Below the pieces are notes generated by a model. The model did not search any database. It worked only from the letters and a program-made list of their open reading frames with translations, and was not told the DNA's origin. The position numbers and the translations under genes are program-made. From a candidate division WOR-3 bacterium (GTDB lineage Bacteria > Hydrothermota > UBA3072), in NCBI GenBank assembly GCA_016930175.1, contig JAFGHJ010000006.1, forward strand, positions 68,086-132,085: DNA of 64,000 bases, in the 5' to 3' direction. Shown piece after piece: positions 59,044 to 64,000 of the stretch (its first letter is position 1; each line of letters starts with the position of its first letter).

Positions 59044-61456
59044 TTATAGATTGTTGGTCGCATAATCTTAATATTCTTACCAAAACAAAATATAAAAATG
59101 TTTCATCGGGCTTACCGAAGTTCACTGTATACTGGTTTAAATCTTCTTCATTATCCCATTTTCTAATCACCTCATTGTTTTTATCAAATTTGTAGAATGA
59201 AGATGCGTAATTTCTTATCATTTCTAAAACCAAATTAATCCCCTCTCTTTCAATCTGATAAGAATTGACCCAGTGAGAAGTCGCTGAATGGTGTTTTATT
59301 ATTGCAGAAGTAAGTGCCCTTGCTATAGTTTCGAATTCTTCATCGTCTTCCAAAATATCTTCCAAAATAGCAAAGGCTGCTATTGCTCCAATTCCTGCAT
59401 GTGGTGGTAGTTTTTTGGGCAATTTATCTTTGATAGAGTCAAAATCAGTATGTGCGAGTAGTTCTTCTCTGTTGTAATTTCCCTTTGCTTTCTGAAAATC
59501 GCCGGCAATTTTTTGCCATTTCTTGTTTAACTTCCCATAGTCGTGCATTATTAGCATAAATTTAATCATTTCGTCAATTGGGGTCGTGAAATTATGTTTA
59601 TGCCACAATTTAGAGAGAGGATAATGAATTTCATCTCTGAAATTGGTTTCATAAATCTTTATCATACTACTAATATGGTTTTCATAGGTTTCCTTTTTGT
59701 ATCCGAATAATTCTTTTTTCTCTGTTTCTTGAAGACTTGATTCTATAGTTTTGCTTTTCAAAAGAAAGTTCATCCCAATTTTACTGTTGTAATTAACGTA
59801 TTTAGGATTGAGGACAATCCTGGGATAAATCTTTATATCTTCTATAGAAATTTGACTCATTTTAAATCTAGCTATTTCGAAATCAGTAAAAATGTTGTTT
59901 TCTTCTATCAATGAAACAAAGGGCTCCACTTCTTCCTCGTCTACTAGTTCTTCAGTCCTTCTAAGTCTATTTATTAGGGTGTAAGGATTTATGGAAATAG
60001 CATCATAATTATACATAGGATAAAGGGGGCTTGTTTTTCTTAAGAAGATGACACTTGTGGAATTAATATCTCTTATCAAGTCTCGTCCAGTTCCTTTATC
60101 GCTTTCTTCCCAAGCTTTTTGTATGCGTCCAAAGTCAAAGCTTTTTGCATTTTCTATTTCTTTAATCTCTTTTTTGGTGAGAATTGTATTCACTATTCTT
60201 TCACCAGTGGCATAATTTATCGATTTCTCGTTTGCTAATTCTTTCATTGTGGCTATGCAGAGATTCTCTTCATATGGCAAATATGACTTATTTTTGTTTT
60301 CATTTTCTTGTACATTATAGACAAATATTCTTCCTTTTTCATTTTCAAATCTAGCACACCTCCCCGCTCTTTGTAAAAAGGAATTAATGGGAGAGATTTC
60401 TGTAAGCAACGTATCGCAGCTAATATCCAATCCTACTTCGATAACCTGAGTGGAAATAAGTATTGCTTCTCTGTCAAGGTTAGCTTTCTTCCCGAAGATA
60501 TTAAGGATTTTTTTCTCCTTGGCTGTTCGGTCTTTTTTCAAAAACCTCGAATGAATACAAATGAGTTCAAATTTACTTTTCTGCTCAAGTTCAAGATATA
60601 ATTTCTGTGCTTTCTCTACAGTATTACAAATAACTATAGTTTTCTTTTTATGCTCTTTTTGTATGTCAGTGGCCTCTAAATGCTTTTTTCTGACAACAAG
60701 TTCTTTTTCGTTTTTGAGTTGCGGTATAGAAATAAATTCATTTTCATCAAGAGTAACCGAATTACTCCCTAAAAATCTGTTGATTTCTCGAATAGTATTA
60801 TCGGAGATTGTAGCAGTCATAATACAAAAACGTGATAATTCTTTTAATTTTTTGAGAATATTCAAGGATGTTGTTAATGACCTTGTAGGGTCAAGAAGGT
60901 GAAATTCATCAAATATCAGATAGGAACCAATAATAGCACCTGCGTTTATATTGGCTTGTCTTTTTGACAAAGAATATGGAAAGCCAAGTATAGAACTTAA
61001 GGTTTGGTCAATAGTAGTGAAGATTATATCTGATTCAAAATATTTGTCGTTTGGCAATTCACCCGTTTGTAAAGAAACTCTTAATCCTGTTTCTTTAATT
61101 TTGCTATTACATGAGATCTCATTATAAAGACTGTTTGCCAATGTCCGAAGAGGCAAGGAGTAAATAATTTTTTTGGGAGAAGGGGTTCCCTCTTTATTAG
61201 CAAAAACAAAAGGAAGAATAGAAGCCCAAGTTTTCCCTGCGCCAGTTGGAGCTTTCAACAGAACGTTATTCATTTGTAAGTAGTTCTCAAATAATCTTTT
61301 CTGAAAATCGTATGGTTTAAAATTTGTAGTCTTTTCGAAGAAAGAAATATAACTATCTATATATTCCTGCATTAACAAATGGATTCCCACTAAAATTAAG
61401 AAATGACTTTTTCTCACCGTGGGAATTCCCCATAAACCTCCTTCTCTACTTACCAA
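59015..61456 (-). CDS. cas3: Cas3 helicase-nuclease with the helicase N-terminal and the HD domain C-terminal
   Basis: SF2 helicase motifs: motif I APTGAGKT, motif II LIFDEFH and motif VI QRAGRCAR, all in the first ~400 aa. HD nuclease motifs (LIMHDYGK, LLAHTD, PPHAGIGA, IIKHHSA) lie in the last ~200 aa. The exact start is uncertain because the RBS-associated ATG is out of frame. Confidence 0.85.
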   Translation of the reverse strand: MVSREGGLWGIPTVRKSHFLILVGIHLLMQEYIDSYISFFEKTTNFKPYDFQKRLFENYLQMNNVLLKAPTGAGKTWASILPFVFANKEGTPSPKKIIYSLPLRTLANSLYNEISCNSKIKETGLRVSLQTGELPNDKYFESDIIFTTIDQTLSSILGFPYSLSKRQANINAGAIIGSYLIFDEFHLLDPTRSLTTSLNILKKLKELSRFCIMTATISDNTIREINRFLGSNSVTLDENEFISIPQLKNEKELVVRKKHLEATDIQKEHKKKTIVICNTVEKAQKLYLELEQKSKFELICIHSRFLKKDRTAKEKKILNIFGKKANLDREAILISTQVIEVGLDISCDTLLTEISPINSFLQRAGRCARFENEKGRIFVYNVQENENKNKSYLPYEENLCIATMKELANEKSINYATGERIVNTILTKKEIKEIENAKSFDFGRIQKAWEESDKGTGRDLIRDINSTSVIFLRKTSPLYPMYNYDAISINPYTLINRLRRTEELVDEEEVEPFVSLIEENNIFTDFEIARFKMSQISIEDIKIYPRIVLNPKYVNYNSKIGMNFLLKSKTIESSLQETEKKELFGYKKETYENHISSMIKIYETNFRDEIHYPLSKLWHKHNFTTPIDEMIKFMLIMHDYGKLNKKWQKIAGDFQKAKGNYNREELLAHTDFDSIKDKLPKKLPPHAGIGAIAAFAILEDILEDDEEFETIARALTSAIIKHHSATSHWVNSYQIEREGINLVLEMIRNYASSFYKFDKNNEVIRKWDNEEDLNQYTVNFGKPDETFLYFVLVRILRLCDQQSINAEDKDVSK

Positions 61457-61480
61457 TCATTATTTGCAATTTCCGATTCA

Positions 61481-62263
61481 CTATTTACCATTAACTACCT
61501 CAAACATCCCAAACCCCTGGGGGTTTTTGGAGCCTATTCCCGCGTCCCAGGCGAGTTTTAGCATTTCCGGATGACTTTTGATTTTATATACTCCAAGCCA
61601 TCCTTTGATAACATATTTATCTTTATAATAAGTAATTTGTTCGCTCCTTTTACTCAATTTTTCGGGAATTATTTTAAGTTCGGAATCCGGCGGTTCATTT
61701 TTATATAATGCCCTGTACTTTCTTTTGATGTTTTCACCTACTAATTCGGGAAATTCTGATTCACGGGGGTGAAAATAATATGTTTTTTTCTTTCCGTTTC
61801 TGTCTTCTAAGGTTCTGTAAACGGTAACGGGCGAAATCATTTTTATAAGTATTTCTTCTTCAAAAACGGGAGTGATACTTATTTCGATGGAGTTTATATA
61901 TATCTGGTTTTCACCAAGCCTTATTTCCGGGTTTTTTAAAAGTTCAGTTGCATACGATTCGAGAAATTCGCTTTCGGGTGATGAAACCCATAGGTCGAAA
62001 TTATCTTTGAAGATTAAACTTTTGCTTTCGCTGTTGTAATTGCATTTTCCTTGAAGCCTCGAAAAAGTGAACATTTTAAAAGACCTTTTCCCATCTGTAT
62101 ATCCTTTATTGTGTAGAAAATCCGATAACTTATCTGAAATGTTGTTATATATGAAAGATTGAACGAGATAATTATAATTTACAGGAATTTTAAAAACACT
62201 ATTTAACGGCGAAAATTGTATCTTTATCCGCATATAACTATAGTAACTGTTTTTAATTGGCAT
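61481..62263 (-). CDS. cas6: Cas6 crRNA endoribonuclease
   Basis: 260 aa with a duplicated RRM/ferredoxin fold. The C-terminal glycine-rich loop GIGSKNPQGFGMFEV is the Cas6 signature. It is the first gene of the operon. Confidence 0.85.
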   Translation of the reverse strand: MPIKNSYYSYMRIKIQFSPLNSVFKIPVNYNYLVQSFIYNNISDKLSDFLHNKGYTDGKRSFKMFTFSRLQGKCNYNSESKSLIFKDNFDLWVSSPESEFLESYATELLKNPEIRLGENQIYINSIEISITPVFEEEILIKMISPVTVYRTLEDRNGKKKTYYFHPRESEFPELVGENIKRKYRALYKNEPPDSELKIIPEKLSKRSEQITYYKDKYVIKGWLGVYKIKSHPEMLKLAWDAGIGSKNPQGFGMFEVVNGK

Positions 62264-62299
62264 GTCAATACCAAAATTTTTTTAGTCTTTGGAATAATA

Positions 62300-62640
62300 C
62301 AGTGTTAATCAGTGGCTAATTTCTTGGGTATGGGGATGGAGAAACAAACAAAAAATCTCTGTGCGTTCTTGACAGGAGAGAAAAAAGACCACATAATATA
62401 AACGTACTTAGTTTTTTTGTAATACCCCCGAGCGGGAGCGTGTCGCTCCCGTTTGGTTTTTATTAACATCGTTAATAAAGAAGTTAGTAGTTGGTAGTTA
62501 GAAGTTAGAATAAAAAATCAGTGTGTATCAGTGTAAATCCGTGGCTAATTTAAGGGGATGGGGTTGGGTTTTAAACAACAAAAAAACTCTGTGTACTCTG
62601 CGTTTTTCGTTTCTTTCTCTGTGTTCTCTGTGGTTAAGTT
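62300..62640 (+). repeat. Plus-oriented members of the composite repeat family: G-rich tract, A-run, then CTCTGTG repeats. They lie upstream of cas6.
   Basis: gggtatggggatggag-aaacaaacaaaaaa-tctctgtgcg at 62318-62365. ggggatggggttggg-ttttaaacaacaaaaaaa-ctctgtgtactctgcg...ctctgtgttctctgtgg at 62552-62635. gtggctaattt occurs at both 62302 and 62541. Confidence 0.45.
62404..62461 (+). ncRNA. Candidate small RNA, about 58 nt, divergent from the cas operon
   Basis: TTGACA at 62369-62374, a 17-nt spacer, CATAAT at 62392-62397. A GC hairpin CGGGAGCG-TGT-CGCTCCCG at 62433-62451 is followed by TTTGGTTTTT. There is no ATG or ORF in the transcript. Confidence 0.3.
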
Positions 62641-62641
62641 T

Positions 62642-63124
62642 TTAATGTTGTAATAGCCTTATAGTAAAAAAGGATATCATTGCAAAAGATATAACGATCT
62701 TGAGAAAAGTTCCTCCGAAGAAGCCGATAACCGCACCGGTCCCAGACCTGAAAGCCTCTTTTATTTTCTTTCCAACTATTAGCTCTCCGAGTAAAGCGCC
62801 GGCAAGTGGCCCTATAATTAAACCCCAGGGAGCGAAAAAGACACCGATAACAGCGCCCACGAAAGCGCCGACAAATCCGAGTTTTGAGGCACCGAATTTC
62901 TTCGAACCTATGGAACTTGAAATATATTCTATTACGACAGAAATTACTGTCAATATCAGAAAGATAATAATAAGATTTCTGGAAATAATTGTAAATCCTG
63001 TGATCCATGCGTAGATGTAAATTCCGGCAAATACAAGAGGGGTACCGGGGAGCATCGGCAGTACACATCCGGCAAGACCGACTAACATAAGAAGATAACA
63101 GCCTATAAGGATAAGGGTATGCAT
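62642..63124 (-). CDS. DUF456-family small membrane protein
   Basis: 160 aa with four hydrophobic helices and glycine-zipper motifs (GAFVGAVIGVFFAPWGLIIGPLAGALLG). Confidence 0.45.
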   Translation of the reverse strand: MHTLILIGCYLLMLVGLAGCVLPMLPGTPLVFAGIYIYAWITGFTIISRNLIIIFLILTVISVVIEYISSSIGSKKFGASKLGFVGAFVGAVIGVFFAPWGLIIGPLAGALLGELIVGKKIKEAFRSGTGAVIGFFGGTFLKIVISFAMISFFTIRLLQH

Positions 63125-63133
63125 GAAATTTTT

Positions 63134-64000
63134 TTACCTGAAGAAAGAAGAAAGCGCCGCAGGGCCTCCTCTTCCTTTCATTTGTTTAAGTAGTTTCTGA
63201 GCCATCTTGAATTCTTTAAGCAAACGGTTGATATCTTGAACAGATGTACCGCTACCGCTAGCGATGCGTTTTCTTCTCGAACTATCTAATATCGAGGGAT
63301 TTTGTCGCTCCTTGGGCGTCATCGATTGTATGATAGCTTCGGTCCTTACCATCTGTTTTTCATCCATCATTTTCTTCAAACCCTTTCCGCCGGGAAACAT
63401 ATCGAGGAGCGCATCGAGAGGACCTATTCTTTTCAATTGTTTTATCTGCCCGAGAAAATCTTCCAGGTCGAGTTTTCCTTCTTGTATTTTTTTCTGGAAT
63501 TTTTCAACCTCTTCTTTCTCAACAGCCTTTTCTGCTTTTTCCTGGAGAGTTTTCAAATCTCCCATACCTAGAATTCTTGATGCCAGTCTTTCCGGATGCA
63601 AAACCTCAAGAGCGTCAACTTTTTCACCGATACCTATAAATTTTATTGGCTTTCCCGTAACCTTTCTCATGGAAAGAGCGGCACCGCCTCGCGCGTCTCC
63701 ATCCATTTTGGTGAGAATAATTCCGGTTATTCCCAGGGCGTTTTCGAATTCTTGAGCGATATTTACAGCATCCTGTCCCGTCATTGAGTCCGCGACCAGA
63801 AGAATCTCGGAAGGATTAACGGTTTCTTTTATCTGTTTAATCTGCTTGAGCATTTCTATATCGATGTGTAATCTGCCTGCGGTATCGAAAATAAGAGTGT
63901 CGTATCTCTTAAGCACGGAACGTGAAAGAGCCTGTTTGCAGAGCTTTACTTCGTTGTCGAGTCGCTCGGAAAAATAAGGAAGATTTTCTCTTTCTGCCAT
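63134..64000 (-). CDS. ffh: Signal recognition particle protein Ffh. Partial: the N-terminus lies outside the window.
   Basis: GTPase G-domain motifs (DTAGRLH, LTKMDGDARGG) and the Met-rich M domain (LKKMMDEKQM..., MKGRGG). The ORF runs to the window edge. Confidence 0.85.
   Translation of the reverse strand: MAERENLPYFSERLDNEVKLCKQALSRSVLKRYDTLIFDTAGRLHIDIEMLKQIKQIKETVNPSEILLVADSMTGQDAVNIAQEFENALGITGIILTKMDGDARGGAALSMRKVTGKPIKFIGIGEKVDALEVLHPERLASRILGMGDLKTLQEKAEKAVEKEEVEKFQKKIQEGKLDLEDFLGQIKQLKRIGPLDALLDMFPGGKGLKKMMDEKQMVRTEAIIQSMTPKERQNPSILDSSRRKRIASGSGTSVQDINRLLKEFKMAQKLLKQMKGRGGPAALSSFFR

Noticed and set aside
50773-62263. Type I-G classification, suggested by the C-terminal HD domain of Cas3
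   Set aside because: I-G loci have a fused Cas4-Cas1, a Csb1 Cas5/Cas6 fusion and Cas8u2/Csx17. Here cas4, cas1 and cas6 are separate genes and Cas7 has the DevR/Cst2 N-terminal signature. A Dev/Myxan-arranged I-B is the better fit.

Overview
This is a 64 kb chromosomal window from a low-GC bacterium (I eyeball roughly 35-40% GC). The nrdDG and hypCDE genes suggest an anaerobe; lipoproteins and an outer-membrane beta-barrel suggest a Gram-negative envelope. It sits next to the replication origin: dnaA and dnaN are present with DnaA boxes between them. Most of the window is ordinary housekeeping and metabolism: gcvT-gcvH-gcvPA, argG-argH-argR, truA, apt, rpsU, rpmB, mutS2, rsmG, cysE-cysK, recO and a 3'-truncated ffh. 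There are also two GGDEF diguanylate cyclases, an Hpt protein and several TPR-rich proteins. The accessory highlight is a complete type I CRISPR-Cas system on the minus strand at about 50.8-62.3 kb. Its gene order is cas6-cas3-cas8-cas7-cas5-cas4-cas1-cas2, a type I-B arrangement like the Myxococcus Dev locus. Cas3 has its helicase N-terminal and its HD nuclease C-terminal. The array has 42 copies of a 30-bp repeat and 41 spacers; the degenerate repeat is at the leader-distal end and a 163-bp AT-rich leader abuts cas2. Two spacers share an identical 20-nt end. The cas island is bracketed on both sides by inverted copies of a dispersed composite repeat (CTCTGTG motifs, an A-run, then a G-rich tract that could form a G-quadruplex). 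This repeat also occurs at other intergenic sites. Other observations are two candidate promoter-to-terminator small RNAs and a duplicated ~130-200 bp upstream element in front of two envelope genes. An identical 18-bp palindrome flanks rsmG, and a 282-bp GC-rich element with terminal inverted repeats lies upstream of nrdD. A five-gene operon of unknown function (LarA-like, two paralogous TPR/membrane-hairpin proteins, YidD-like, hypothetical) is also present.
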